Part shown: piece after piece, positions 39,632-53,735 of the stretch
How positions within the stretch are numbered: the stretch's first letter is position 1
Layout of the letters: every line of letters starts with the position of its first letter
Assembly (NCBI GenBank): GCA_964016885.1
Contig: OZ024742.1
Coordinates: forward strand, 105,028,001-105,092,000
Origin: Eledone cirrhosa
Lineage: Eukaryota
DNA length: 64,000 nucleotides
Reading direction: 5' to 3'
Notes under the pieces: generated by a model
Databases searched by the model: none
What the model was told of the DNA's origin: nothing
The model's input: only the letters and a program-made list of their open reading frames with translations
Program-made: the position numbers and the translations under genes

Positions 39632-40199
39632 CATATATATATACCGTCCAGACCCATGCTCCCATACCCTAACACCCCACCCACACCTGATCACACCCCC
39701 TTCACCCATGCCTTTACACCCTGCCCAAGTCCTCATTGCAAAGTGGTCATGTTGGTATCACAACAAAAAGCACCCAGCCCACACTGTAATGATCATGTAG
39801 GTGTCACGACAAAAAGCACCCAGCCCACACTATAAAGTGGTTGTGTAGGTGGCATGACAAAAAGCTGCCAGTCCAGACTGTAAAGTGGTCATGTAGGTGT
39901 CACGTTATAAGGCACCCAGCACATACTGTAAATGTGGTTGGTGTTGAGAAGGGCATTCAGCTGTGGAAACCAAACCAGAAACTGTTCTGTATGAGCAAGT
40001 CCTGACTCGACTTGCTCCAAAGGGGACAACCCATCTAACTCATGCTAGTGTGGAAAATATTCATTAAACAATGATGATGAGGATATATATATATTATTAG
40101 CACAGATTAAAAATTTCTATTTTCACCTTAAAGCAGAAATTGTTTCTTTAATCCTTTAGCATTTACATTACTCTATATTTACTATTATATTTTCATGGT

Positions 40200-41526
40200 A
40201 AACACTTTATCTCACATGATTATCTCACATAATATCGAATGTCCCATTCTAAACAAATTGTTCTGTTTCCCATATAATATGAAAAACTACCAGCTACTGC
40301 GATTTGAACAATTTAATTACAGCTTTAATAAGACACAAAAAATCTCAGAACTATCTGAATTCTGTTATTGTTCTGAAAACCTTTGGTCAACAAGGAATTG
40401 ATACACTGGAAAGTGGCTTCAATTCTGTTGCATAATAGATCAGTCAAGAAAGATTGTGATATATTGAAAAGGTTAATTCATTGTATTCAAACTTTGGCCT
40501 GTCAAGAATTACCATTTTGAGGACAAGATGAAACAGAAGGATTGAACAATAAGGGTAATTTTTCTGGCTGTATGTGAAGCAGTGGTGGAATAGAACAATT
40601 GTTAAAGATCGCATTTAGATTTCATAAAAATGCCAACTGTGCATTCTTTTGAATTTCAAGGGATATTCAGCTGTTATAATTGAATGTGAAATTAAGGCAA
40701 TGATTGAAAAACATCATTTGATGCTGTTATGTTTGAAGATATTACGGATCTTCGAATGAAATCTCAATTGTCATGCATTTTGCAATTTGTTGATGAGAAG
40801 AAAAATCCTCAAGAAAGGGATACATCCTCCATCCTTTTGGGGATACATTGATGTCAGTAAAAATAGAAGAACCGCATCACTGACAGAAGTTTGAAAATGT
40901 GTCAATGAATTCAACTGTGGCACAATCTTATGATGAAGTGAGCAAGAAGGCTGGGCACAAGCAAAAATAAAGGAGATTTTTAGTGCAAACACCATATTAG
41001 TACATTATTATGCATATTCACTAAATCTGGTACTCCCTCAATCAGCTTCAAGTATTCGTGAATGTTGAATTTTCTTCCAAAATTTAAAAGGAATTTCAAC
41101 TTTTTTCTCAAAGTTGATGGCTCGGATAGTACTACTGGATGAAATCATTGGAATTTCCAAAGTTACCTGAGACACGTTGGAATTATTCATCTCAACAAGT
41201 ACCCATGTTGTCCAACAACGTTACTGTGTTTTCCAAGCTATTTTCAACCATATTAGAAAATCCAGTGAATTGGAATGCTTCAGGATTAGCACAGGCAAGT
41301 GGATTGGTTACAATCCTAGATTTTCAGTTTAAATTTTTATTATCACTTTTTGAAACCATATGAAGTCCAAAAAGTTTGTAAATGTGGTTGGTGTTAGGAA
41401 GGGCATCCAGATGTAAAAAAACCTGGCAGAGACGCTTCCGTGTGAGCAGACATGGTCTCCCGACCATTCCCACATCAAATGGAACAAAACCGTCTAACCC
41501 ATGCTAGCATGAAAGATGGACGTTAA

Positions 41527-41570
<44 letters not shown>

Positions 41571-42520
41571 ATCCTTCAGGTTGAAAACTTCAAAAAACAA
41601 TTGGTTGATATCAAAAACAAAGAGTCTGAGGAATGTTATGGCCGGGTTCTACATGGTGTTGGTGAACGAGTGGAGAAGCATGGTTGACATAGGAAATGAA
41701 AATCTGTTTTATGAACTCTGTATGCTGAGAAAAGATTTAAAACAATAGAAGAGTTCAGATTTGTTGAATTGTTGAATCTGAAGCTTTTTCACGCTTCCGA
41801 AAAAAGATTTCCAATGGATGTGTTTTCATCTTTAGATGTCTATTTAAACATATTGATTTAGATGGACTGAATGCAAACTGAAATTAGTTTATGCTGCAGA
41901 TTTTGCACAGCATGTGTCAAGCATCCAAGAAGTCACAGACATAATACGGGAACTTGAACTAAACCAAGCTCTGGCAGAAGTAACAAAATTACTATGATTC
42001 TGATCATACCTGTCACATCCGCTTCCTGTGACATATTTTCTTTATTAAAGCAAGTAAATAATTATATGAGCTGTTTTTAAAGTGAAGAGAGATTGAGTAA
42101 TTTGGTCTTCATCTTTTGAAGAAGATGAATGGTAAGAAGTTGAATAGCAAAGTGATTAATGAATTTTCCAAAAAGAAATGAAGAATTGAATTGATTTACA
42201 AATAAATTTTAAATATCTCATTATTTGTAGGATTTATTATTTACTCAGATTTCTCTCATAACCAATAAGGGCAGGCCCATTTTACCAAGGTATTACTAAT
42301 AAGGTGGGGGCAGACATCAAGTGCAGTGGAGAGGAATATGAAGCCCGAAGCATGGTCTATTTATAGAAGTGCCTTTTCTCACATTAAAATTAATTTATAT
42401 CACCTTCACAGATGGAGGAGAGGAAGGATAATTTCTTTTTTTTTTTGGGGGGGGGGGGGGGGCAGTAAGGTTCCACTGAAACACCCTCCACATGGCGATT
42501 GGCCTGCATCATGGACTGCA
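40200..42520 (+). pseudogene. hAT transposase relic (DUF4371/ZMYM1-like), interrupted by an RTE tail at ~41377-41570
   Basis: LACQELPF*GQDETEGLNNKGNF, ETRWNYSS, C-terminal IPVTSASC...EERLSNL...RIELIYK*; many stops and frameshifts. Confidence 0.8.
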
Positions 42521-42814
42521 TACCCCGCTTTCCAAGTCACCCTTTGCCACAGTCACATATATGAATACGTACATACACATACACACACACATATACCTAT
42601 ATATATATACATATAAATGCATACACACACACACACATATATATACATACATACACGCATAAATGCACATACATACATACATATACATACACATACATAC
42701 ATATATATATATAAATATATATATATATACATGCACACACATACATATATTTATATATGCATATACATATACATAGATATACATACATATACACAGATAT
42801 ACATATATATACAT

Positions 42815-42867
<53 letters not shown>

Positions 42868-42996
42868 CACACACATATATATACATACATATACATACAC
42901 ATGCATATATATAAATATATATTATATATATACATATACACATATACATACATACATATACATACATACATGCATGCATGCATGCATAAATACATA

Positions 42997-43166
42997 CATG
43001 GTTGCTGCCAACTCGTTTTCGAGTACGGCCACTACTTTATATCCATGTAGGAGAACCCCTACCGATGTGCTGAACGAGTGTGACTTTTTAGTCCAGCCAG
43101 CGACTTGAAAACTCTGGTACAAACACTACACTTGTGACAATTATTGACACATAGTGCTGGGCCCAA
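42997..43166 (-). mobile_element. RTE-type LINE extreme 3' end with C2H2 zinc finger and (ATGT)n tail
   Basis: 43059-43166 minus translates [35 protein letters not shown], then a short UTR with ACTCGAAAACGAGT hairpin and ATGT repeats. Confidence 0.75.
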
Positions 43167-43174
43167 TACATACA

Positions 43175-43210
<36 letters not shown>

Positions 43211-43239
43211 TATATTTATTAAAATAACATTATTATTAA

Positions 43240-43326
<87 letters not shown>

Positions 43327-43571
43327 CACACACATGCGCATATTAATGCATACATTCACACTCACATATATTATATACGTCTGTGGAGAAATAACCATTA
43401 GTTAATAGATTTCTAGCTAAAAATATATTGATTAAATTTGTTTTTTGTTCCTATATCAACCAAAATGTTATCAAGGTCAAGATTATGGCAGAAAGGAGTG
43501 TTACAGATGAGAGAAATTATCCATTCACGTTATTTGGATTGTTGCTATTTATGATAAGGTGTCTTTCTGCT

Positions 43572-43636
<65 letters not shown>

Positions 43637-43723
43637 ATATATATATATATATACACACACACATATATATATATACACACATATATGTGTGTTAAGATTA
43701 TATATATATTAAATGCACACATA

Positions 43724-43793
<70 letters not shown>

Positions 43794-43990
43794 CATCATC
43801 ATCATCATCATCATCGTTTAACGTCCGTGTTCCACGCTTGCATGGGTTTGGACGGGGGTTTTCCCACTTGAGGCAAGAATGATTGTCTTGCTCGCATAGG
43901 ACTGTCTGGCGGGTTTTCTACAGCTGGATGCCCTTCCTAACACCAACCACATTTACAGTATATATATATATATATTTAATATATATCATC

Positions 43991-44026
<36 letters not shown>

Positions 44027-44344
44027 GATGATATATATTAAATATATATATATATATATACATTTATATGAAGATGACATATATTGAATATATATATGTA
44101 TATATGTATATATATGAAGATGTCATATTGAATATACATATATTAAAATATTGATTAATACGTAAAGTAATTAATTATATTCTCTGACAAAAGTATAGGC
44201 TAATCAGAGTGCCACACATCATCATCATCATCATCGTTTAACGTCCATCTTCCATGCTAGCATGGGTCTGGATCACGTAGTCACTATTAGAACCTAACAA
44301 CAGCTTCACCAATATAAATTTTTAAAATGTCATTAGGAGTAGTA

Positions 44345-44861
44345 ACATTGAAGGGTAAGATATTGTCTAGACAAATGTAACCACATTATGTATGTTTGTA
44401 CGAATTATACAGGCACAAGGGTATAAGGAGGTCTGAGAGAAAAGATGTTATAGGATCGATTCTTTCCATCCATATACATACACACACATATACATATATA
44501 TATAGAGATAGATATACATATATACATATATATATACATATACTTAGGTGGCAAAATGACAGTCATTAGAACGTCGGATAGAATGCTTTATGATATTCGT
44601 TCCGGCTCTCTGAGTTCAAATCCTGTCAAGGTCAACTTTGCCTTTTGAGGTCGATGAAAAAGTGCCAGTCTAGTACTGAGGTGGATTCTTCTTCTATATA
44701 TCTTTCTCATTTCCTCTCTCTCAATTTCTATCTTTCTCTGAAAGAAATCTGGTGTACTCAGGCCTGGAGAGGGATGGGCTCCAGCAGGCTTAAAATGCTC
44801 AAGAAACGGTGTATGTCAAATCGGTGTCTGTATGATTATCAGGAGTTACAGTACCATACAT

Positions 44862-44941
<80 letters not shown>

Positions 44942-45100
44942 ATAATAATAAATTTGAAGACTAAAATCCAAAGAGAGCTCGATAAAGATAAATATATATC
45001 AAAAGATATATATTATAGTTTCAGAAGATCCCATTAAGGGTGAAAGCAGCGATTCTTTGCTTAAACTTTAATCTGTTATTTTAATAAATATATCTATATA

Positions 45101-45164
<64 letters not shown>

Positions 45165-45494
45165 TGCATTGCCAAAGAAAAATCGAAAAGCAAGTTAAAG
45201 AAGATGGTAAAATTTCAATTATTTTCAAATCGGATAGCAAGTAAAAAGAATTACTTAAGAACAGTAAAATTCCAAGATTTCAGTATTCTAAACAGTGCCG
45301 TTTCATGAGTGAAAAATAGAATGGCAAGAACCATATGATGAAACAAAGAATTTTTTCATCTTACTTAATGTATTATAAATGACTCATCTCCAACATCTTT
45401 TTTCTCAGATCTTCTTATACTATTGCACCTGTATAATGTGTACAAGCATGCTTAATATGGTTACATTTGTCTAGACAATATCTTACCCTTGAAT
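44345..45494. repeat. ~100-bp inverted repeat pair (44345-44448 / 45392-45494)
   Basis: AAGGGTAAGATATTGTCTAGACAAATGTAACCA vs TGGTTACATTTGTCTAGACAATATCTTACCCTT, with further imperfect pairing. Confidence 0.8.
45017..45067 (+). ncRNA. Hammerhead-like motif with CAGAAGA core variant
   Basis: AGTTT-CAGAAGA-tCCCattaaGGGt-GAAA-GCAgcgattcttTGC-TT-AAACT; all three stems pair. Confidence 0.65.
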
Positions 45495-45502
45495 TTATAT
45501 AT

Positions 45503-45561
<59 letters not shown>

Positions 45562-45579
45562 ATGATATATATATATACC

Positions 45580-46420
45580 TTTATCTTTTCTGGTTCCTTG
45601 ATGTTCTCTACCAGATACTTTGTCTTGCTCTCATTCATTCTTGCCCCACACTCATCAACACAGACTCCACCTCTCACATCAACTCCTCTGCCTTTTTTTA
45701 CTGTTTGTCACTAGATCTATATCAGCAAGCTCAGCATCTGATATCTTTTTAGCCTTAACTCTCCTGCTCTGATCTGGTGCTACAATGAAGCCCAAGCCCT
45801 GTAGTTTCTCCAATGCAAGGTGCATACAATAGTCCACTGTGATGATGAAAAGTTAAGGAACCTATGTATAGCCCTTGAGCACTCCAGCCAGTATCTTAAA
45901 GAACTCCATAATCCAATCAGGTGTGATGACTTGGGCTCTTGTGTTGGTGTAGAGCAGTGATATCACATTCACTATCTTCTTGGGGGCTCCATAAGCCTGT
46001 CAGATCTTCATCAGGCAGTTTTGGTCAACGGAATCAAAGGCCTTCCTGAAGTCAATGAAAACCATGACAGCAGGTAGTATCTTAGCTCTAGCTCCCTCTA
46101 GAATTCTTCTTGGCATCAGGATGTGACCAGTGGTTGATCTTCCCTCTTTGAAGCCGTTCTGGTTGTCCCTGAGGTTCTTCATCTCAGGCTGGATCCTGTC
46201 AAGAATCATCCTGTTGAGGGACTTTGCCACAAGTAATGTCAGTGAGCTGCCCCTGTAGATGTTGGTGTCAGAGAGCTCCCCCTTCTTTGGTACTGGGATG
46301 ATGTTACTGATTCTCCACTGATCTGGGGCAACTCCTTTCTCCAGTACCTGGTTACAGAACTCCTGGATGATATCATCAAAATCACACCTCTTTATCACCT
46401 GGTGCCACTCCATCTTCTCC
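45580..46420 (-). pseudogene. RTE-group LINE reverse transcriptase fragment
   Basis: IIPVPKKGELSD..YRG, LRDNQNGFKEGRST, VFIDFRKAFDSV, followed by decayed downstream RT motifs. Confidence 0.88.
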
Positions 46421-46999
46421 GTGTATAGAAAATAATCAAAATATAATATATAAATAACACAAATAGCAAGCAAAAAATAAGTACGTCGATAACAATAATC
46501 ATACCAAGCTTAGATATTAGATTTGTGTGCAAGGAGCGGGGGGGGGGGGGGCAAATGACCTGTGAGAAGATTAGTAGAGTTGTGAGTAGAGAATGGTCAA
46601 GGAACATATTTCTCTAAATGATTACAATAGGTTCTTTAATTAAGTCTACCACCTGTGTAGCTCACATATGATTTGAACTCAAAAATCAAAGCATCTTGTT
46701 TGACTCTAACAATTCCATCAATCCATCACACATGAATGATACTTTATTTTATTGATGCCCTGAAAGCATGAAAGTCAAAGTCAAACTCAGCAGACTTGAA
46801 TTCAGAATACAGAGAGCAAGGATAAATACTGCAAGACATTTTGTCCTCAGTTCTAATAACTCTGCAAATTTGCCACTGACCTCTGCTTTTTTTAAATTTA
46901 ACAAAATCCAGAAAGCCAGGAGGTAAAATATCCATGGAAATAAAATCAGTTATAATGCGGGGAAACTGGCATACCAAAGAGACAACCCACACATCCAGT

Positions 47000-47322
47000 A
47001 TTGTAAAACGTTGGCAGTATTAACAAAAATATTTGAAATTTAGTTTTATTCATTCAATCATTAATGAGACAATACCTATGTGTTTGTTATGTGAAAAACA
47101 TTTGGAAATAATTGTTTTTACTTTTGGCACAATGCCAGCAATTATCCCAGTTCATTACTGGTGCTTTATTTTATCGACCCCATAAAGATGAAAGGCAAAG
47201 TTAACCTCAGTGGGATTTGAACTCAGACCATAAAGGGACGTAACTCTATGCTGCAAAGCATGGCACCTGACCAATGCAATGAAACCTTCCAAGATAAAAA
47301 ACCACCTTGAGATGATGCATTT
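47000..47322 (+). pseudogene. hAT Charlie/Buster-type transposase N-terminal BED finger, split by a SINE
   Basis: KYLKFSFI...PMCLLCEKHL [SINE 47106-47270] NAMKPSKI..HL matches the ZBED5/ZBED8-like N-terminus. Confidence 0.7.
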
Positions 47323-50011
47323 AGATTTTTTTTTTTTATGTATTTGTTTTACTTAAGATACTAAAGGTTTGGAAATATATATCATCATCATAATCATGTT
47401 TATATCTACTCTTCCATGCAATATGGATTGGACAGAATGTTTTGAGGCTGTTTTACAGCCAAATGCTCATCATATCAGCCCTTTTAATTGTATCTTACAA
47501 CATGCAGAAAAACAGTGTGTCTTTTTTTAAATACCAGAATATATATATATATATAATGGCTATGTGGTGAGCCTGGTTACTTGGGAGTTTCACCAACAAG
47601 CCATTAAATTAATATTTAAACTACTTCGGCATTGTGTACTTTATATCCATCAATAATAAATGTATATATATATGAGAGAGAGAGACAGAGTGGGTCATTA
47701 ATATTTCGCTTTAATTTATACACTCATAAATATTTTTCTATTAACAGGAAAATATGTTACAAATGCATCACTAGACATGGTCTCTTTAGGTACTATGGCA
47801 TAGGTTTGAAGTTGAAATGTCAATTAAGTTATTGTTATTACAGCAGGGGGTTAGCAGAGTTGTTAATGTGTTGGATGAAATCCATTACAATATTTTGTCA
47901 CGGCCCTCTACATTCTGGTTTCAAATCACAAACATGTCAACTTTTCCTTTCATCCTCCTGACTTCCATAAAATAAAATACTAGTCATGTACTGAGATCAA
48001 TGTAATCAACTTTCTCCCTCTACTTGTTGATAATTTCATTGATAAAATCAGCTCTAATTTGCATATTAATTGCAACTTCATTAATGTTGTCATATGTAGA
48101 GGATATGGTCAGGCAAGTGTCTAGCTCCTTCGTGCATGACACCTGTGACCATTTGGGAATTTTTCAATCCCTTTGTATATAAAATATAGTGACAAATAAG
48201 TGACCAGATACATAGGGCCTCAAAAGGACTTATTCCAGCTCTAAGTACTTAATAGATTATGGTACACAAACCAAACTACAACCACCATATATAAAGTCTG
48301 CAAAAAAAATGCCTTTTTTGGAATGACATGTCTCTCTCCATTTGTCTACATATCAACATTATTTAAAGCAAGCAATATCAGTTGTTTATGCCCTATATAA
48401 TCCACGCAAGAGCTAGAGAAAGTAAAGCAGCCATGAATAATATGATAGCAATGACAGCATAATTGATGTTTCAAGTTCAGACCTGCACCAAACTGACAAA
48501 ACTGTGACTATCTCTACTGATACATGTGAAACTAAGTTTCCCGCCTTTCGGAAAAACATAAGTATATCATGAATAATCAATTACTCACCCTTGTGTTCAT
48601 GTGTGCTTGTGTGTATGTATGTATATAATCATCATTTAACATCACTACAAGGAATATATATATATATATATCATCATCATCGTTTAACCTCCAATGTCCA
48701 CGCTAGCATGGGTTAGACGGGTTGTCCCATTTAAGGCAAGTTGGGTCGAGTAACTGTGTCTTGCTTATATGGAACTGTTTCTGGCTAGATTTCTACAGCT
48801 GGATGCCCTTCCTAAAGAAACCACATTTACATTGTGGGCTGGATGCTTTTTGTTGTGGCTCTTCAGTTTGGCTAAACATGTAACAACCTCTCTAATATTT
48901 GTGCCACATTAAAATGCACCCAGTATACCCTGTAAAGTCTCATTGTTGGGACCACAAAAATGCACCCACTTAACTCTAATGTGGTAGTGCTGGTACCATG
49001 AAAAGTGCACTCAGTTTACTCTAAGGTAGTTGGCATTAAAAAGCGCATCCAGTCATAGAAACCCTGCCAAATATGGAACATAGCAAGCAAGATGAAGTTC
49101 CTCAGACCTGTCTGGTCCCATAACATGACATCTTACCCAGCCCTTACCAATGTGAAGAACAGGCATAAAATGATGGTGAAACAGATTTGTTCGAGGATGT
49201 AGTACATGGGTATGACAATTTACCCCAACAATCACAAGTCTGTCATAAACAAAAGATCAACTGTTTACAATAAACATCATGTATGTAGAGAATATAGCCA
49301 TCTTGAACAATATTGTACAAAGCTAAGAGGACATGATGCACTCAGAGCACGGGATCTTATAGAAGTAAGATGCAGGGCCCCTGTCCATCTGAAAGCTCAG
49401 TAGCTCTACTTGAGTACTAACCAGTCTGTGACAAAATGTCCAACCCTTGCTAGAAAAGAAAACATACATACATCATTTACCTGCTAGCAAAGAATGAAAA
49501 CAATTATACATATATATGAGAGAGAAAGAAAGAAAGACATACATACAGCAATAACATCAAAGGTTTTATGCTTTCATATCCTGTAATTTAAAATTCCTAT
49601 ACTTATAACAGTGAATCTCTCTCTCTTTCTCTACCTCCCATTTCTCCCTCTCTAATCCTACCATTATTATTTATTCTCTACTATTTCATCCACATCAATC
49701 TTTCAACCAACTTGAAAATCGATCTAAAATAATTTACATCCAGTGTGTGAACTGAGTTAGTATAAAATATAGTTAATTTTTCATTTTCTACTTTATAGTT
49801 TGAAAAAAAAATTTTAATGTTTATTTGAATAAAGAGATTATTAAGTTCTCTAAGGAGAGGAAAATTACAAAGTGTAAACTACAGTTTGAAGAAATATCAT
49901 CACAAACACACATACATACAGGTATATATGTATATAATAGTGATGATGATGATATGCACATATATATACACATATATACACACACATACATTTTATATAT
50001 ATTTATATATA

Positions 50012-50132
50012 CAAATCAAGATAGAAACCAGTTTAAAACTAGTTAGACCATTACTCAACAGTGTACTTGATATTTGGGGTAAAGAGTCGGGACTTAATAG
50101 CTGAGCTCTTGCTGCTTCAACAGCTAGTTCCT

Positions 50133-50136
<4 letters not shown>
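50012..50136 (-). mobile_element. Truncated hammerhead-family element (same family as 1985-2110)
   Basis: Shares GTTAGACCATTACTCA..AG.GTACT.GATATT and CAACAGCTAGTTCC.GACT with 1985-2111; flanked by (TA)n. Confidence 0.65.
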
Positions 50137-50169
<33 letters not shown>

Positions 50170-50174
<5 letters not shown>

Positions 50175-50629
50175 ATAATAATAAATTTGAAGACTAAAAT
50201 CCAAAGAGGGCTCGATAAGGATAAATATATATCAAATATATAAGAACCGTAGCGCAAATATTTATTAAAATAACAGATTAAAGTTTAAGCAAAGAATCGC
50301 TGCTTTCACCCTTAACGGGATCTTCTGAAACTAACAAAGTCAATCTGTGAACGCAGAAGTAAATATTTCAAAAAACTGTGAACGCAGAAGTAAATATTTC
50401 AAAGGAAGACAGGAAGATGATACTTTGGTTCGTGGAAACGTTCCCTGGCAAAGAACGGAAAAAAACGAAGATAATATGTCATTATTTGGAGCGGTGAAAA
50501 CAATTACATGCAAAGACAAAACCATGTTTATGGTATAAAAGAAGTCATAGACTAATATTCTATTAGGTGGTTCATGGAGACGAGGCTGAAAGCAGCGATT
50601 CCTTGCTTAAACTTTAATCTGTTATTTTA

Positions 50630-50637
<8 letters not shown>
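50170..50637 (-). mobile_element. CAGAAGA-hammerhead element with inverted partial duplication
   Basis: Tail 50170-50235, hammerhead-like motif 50282-50332 (minus), inverted partial copy 50587-50636; (TA)n on both sides. Confidence 0.75.
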
Positions 50638-50688
<51 letters not shown>

Positions 50689-50700
50689 CACACATACATA

Positions 50701-50801
50701 CAGGATGTCCCCCAAAAATGTATGCACACTTTGATTACCTGTACAGGCAATATTTATTAGAATGCAGATGAAGTGTGTATACATTTTTGGGGGATACCCT
50801 G
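50701..50801. mobile_element. Tc1/mariner-type MITE (101 bp)
   Basis: ~31-bp TIRs CAGGATGTCCCCCAAAAATGTATGCACACTT / AAGTGTGTATACATTTTTGGGGGATACCCTG; TA on the left flank. Confidence 0.85.
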
Positions 50802-51119
50802 TGTGTGTGTGTATATTTATATACATATATATATATATATATTATATATATATATACACACACACACACATATATATAAACACAAACACAAACAAATATA
50901 TTTATATACATATACACACACAATGTATTTATATTCATATAACACAGTATTAGTTTCATGCTGGTTATTTGAAAGGAGAATGACTAGGAAACAACATGAG
51001 CAGCATGATGGGATAGCAATAAGTGTGAGTTGTAGGAGAGTGATGGATGACAGAAATAGTGATGGACAATAAGAGAGGTAGATGGGAAGATATCAATGAA
51101 ATATCTTGTGTGTAGTAAT

Positions 51120-52225
51120 AGAAGAGAGTGGGAGAGTTTGGAGAGTGATGTTAAAAGAGAGGTGGGGGAGTTTGGAGAGTGATGGTAAAAGAGAGGTGGG
51201 GGAGTTTGGAGAGTGATGGTAAAAGAGAGGGGGAGAGTTTGGAGAGTGATGGTAGAAGAGAGGGGGAGAGTTTGGAGAGTGATGGTAGAAGAGGGGTTGG
51301 GGAGTTTGGAGAGTGATGGTAGAAGAGAGGGAGAGAGTTTGGAGAGTGATGGTAGAAGAGAGGGGGAGAGTTTGGAGAGTGATGGTAGAAGAGGGGTTGG
51401 GGAGTTTGGAGAGTGATGGTAGAAGAGAGGTAGAGTTTGGAGAGTGATGTTAGAAGAGGTGTAGAATGTTTGGAGCGATGATAGAAGAGAGGGGGAGAGT
51501 TTGGAGAGTGATGGTAGAAAAGAGGGGGTGTGTTTGGAGAGTGATGGTAGAAGAGGGGTAGAGTGTTTGGAGTGATGATAGAAGAGAGGGGGAGAGTTTG
51601 GAGAGTGATGGTAGAAAAGAGGGGGTGTGTTTGGAGAGTGATGGTAGAAGAGGGGTAGAGTGTTTGGAGTGATGATAGAAGAGAGGGGGAGAGTTTGGAG
51701 AGTGATGGTAGAAAAGAGGGGGTGTGTTTGGAGAGTGATGGTAGAAGAGGGGTAGAGTGTTTGGAGTGATGATAGAAGAGAGGGGGAGAGTTTGGAGAGT
51801 GATGGTAGAAAAGAGGGGGTGTGTTTGGAGAGTGATGGTAGAAGAGAGGGGGAGAGTTTAGAGAGTGATGTTAGAAGAGGTGTAGAATGTTTGGAGCGAT
51901 GATAGAAGAGAGGGGGAGAGTTTGGAGAGTGATGGTAGAAAAGAGGGGGTGTGTTTGGAGAGTGATGGTAGAAGAGAGGGGGAGAGTTTAGAGAGTGATG
52001 TTAGAAGAGGTGTAGAATGTTTGGAGCGATGATAGAAGAGAGGGGGAGTGTTTGGAGAGTGATGTTAGAAGAGGGGTAGAGTGTTTGGAGTGATGATAGA
52101 AGAGAGGGGGAGTGTTTGGAGAGTGATGGTAGAAGAGAGGGGGAGTGTTGGGAGTGATGATAGAAGAGAGGGGGAGTGTTTGGAGAGTGATAATAGAAGA
52201 AAGGGAGTGTTTGGAGAGTGATAAA
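51120..52225. repeat. Purine-rich 28-30 bp minisatellite
   Basis: Over 30 units of GAGAGTTTGGAGAGTGATGGTAGAAGAGAGGGG and variants. Confidence 0.95.
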
Positions 52226-53234
52226 AATAGAGAAATAGAGAGTTAATGGGGGATGGTTGAGGGATTGAATATAGACAGATCAACCATTACCACTCAGTGG
52301 TCCAATAAATAGGACAGAGGATGAGTGATCTTAGAAGTTAATAGCCATGATATTGTACAACAAAGGGAGGGTGTTATTGGATTGAACCCCAATATATTAT
52401 CACTATCTAAGATAAAAAGCACTTTAATCCTGATATAAAACAGAAAGAACTGAAACTCTGTACTTTAAGAAGTTTAGTTTGACATCCTTAAGAGGTCAGT
52501 AAATGGAAATTTAACAGCAATATAATGGGCAACAGACCCAACACATATCTTATACAACCCATCACCCATCACCACCAAAATTATTTTAATGCTTATTTTT
52601 GCTTATTGTATCTTGGACCATTAACCAATGTATTCTTGTTTCCATTCTTTTTTTTTTTAAACCAAAAGTGATTTGAGGAAGATTCAGCTTCTATTTCTAG
52701 TAGATTGAAATATCACATAGAGGCACCATCAGTGGTTCTGTGTGTTTATGGTGGTCGCTGTTTAGCTTCAAGTGAATCCTGATTAAGCAGTCAATAGTCA
52801 AACCTATGACTTTAACTTTTACACCCATAACCATCCTGTCTTTTATTCAGATGTAATGTATCTAAGACTACAATATCAAATGTCTCTTTGTTGTTTTAAT
52901 GATGGTAGAGTGCAATTTAAGGAAGGTTTTGGTTCTATCTCTCACAGGTAAATGACTGTAGAAACTACGGTTTGTATTATTATGGCTGCTAAGCTCCATG
53001 TCAACCCTCATCAAGCAGTCATCTGTAAAATGGTTTCTCATTTTAGCACAAGGCCAGCAATTTAGGGGGTGTATATCGGTCCCAGTACTTCACTGCTACT
53101 TTGATATATCAAATTTGGAATGATGAAAGGCAAAGTTGACATCAACAGGATTTGAACTCAGAATGTAAAGAGCCAGAGCAAATACTGCAAACATTTGTCT
53201 GACACGAATAACTCTGTCTTCTTCGCCCACTTAT

Positions 53235-53735
53235 TCCTGTAAGGGTCAGGAGGGCAGAGTTCTCAAACACTCCTTCCAGCAGGTCATGTCAGAAGCAACC
53301 ATCTCCATCTCGTCCGGCTGGATCACCAAGTGAGAGCAGCCAAGCTCATGCTTGAGGTCTATCCCTGGGTCTCCTGCTGGTTGGTTTTGCCTGTAAAATC
53401 TGTCCAGCAATTCTTTCCTGAGACATTCTAACCACATGCCCATAGTATCAGAGCTGTGATCTCTCAATTTGGAGAAGTAGCGGCTCTACCTGGAGTGACT
53501 CTCTGATCACAGAGCTACATACTCTATTGAATAACATTACTCCAAAGTCCCTTTGGAGGAACCACATTTTGGCCGCTTGTATTTGTGATCGTTTTCTTTT
53601 GGTCATTACCCAAGATTCATGACCATATGTAAGGGTTGGCACAAATACTGAATTGAAAATAACGAGTTTGGCTTTTATATTTACGTCCCTTCTTCTGATG
53701 ACTGAATGCTGAAGTTGGTGCATTACTGTCAATCC
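53235..53735 (-). pseudogene. RTE-clade (Rex3/Expander-like) LINE ORF C-terminal fragment
   Basis: KAKLVIFNSVFVPTLTYGHESWVMT...IRESLQVEPLLLQIERSQL, then YYGHVVRM...RRPRDRP. Confidence 0.85.
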
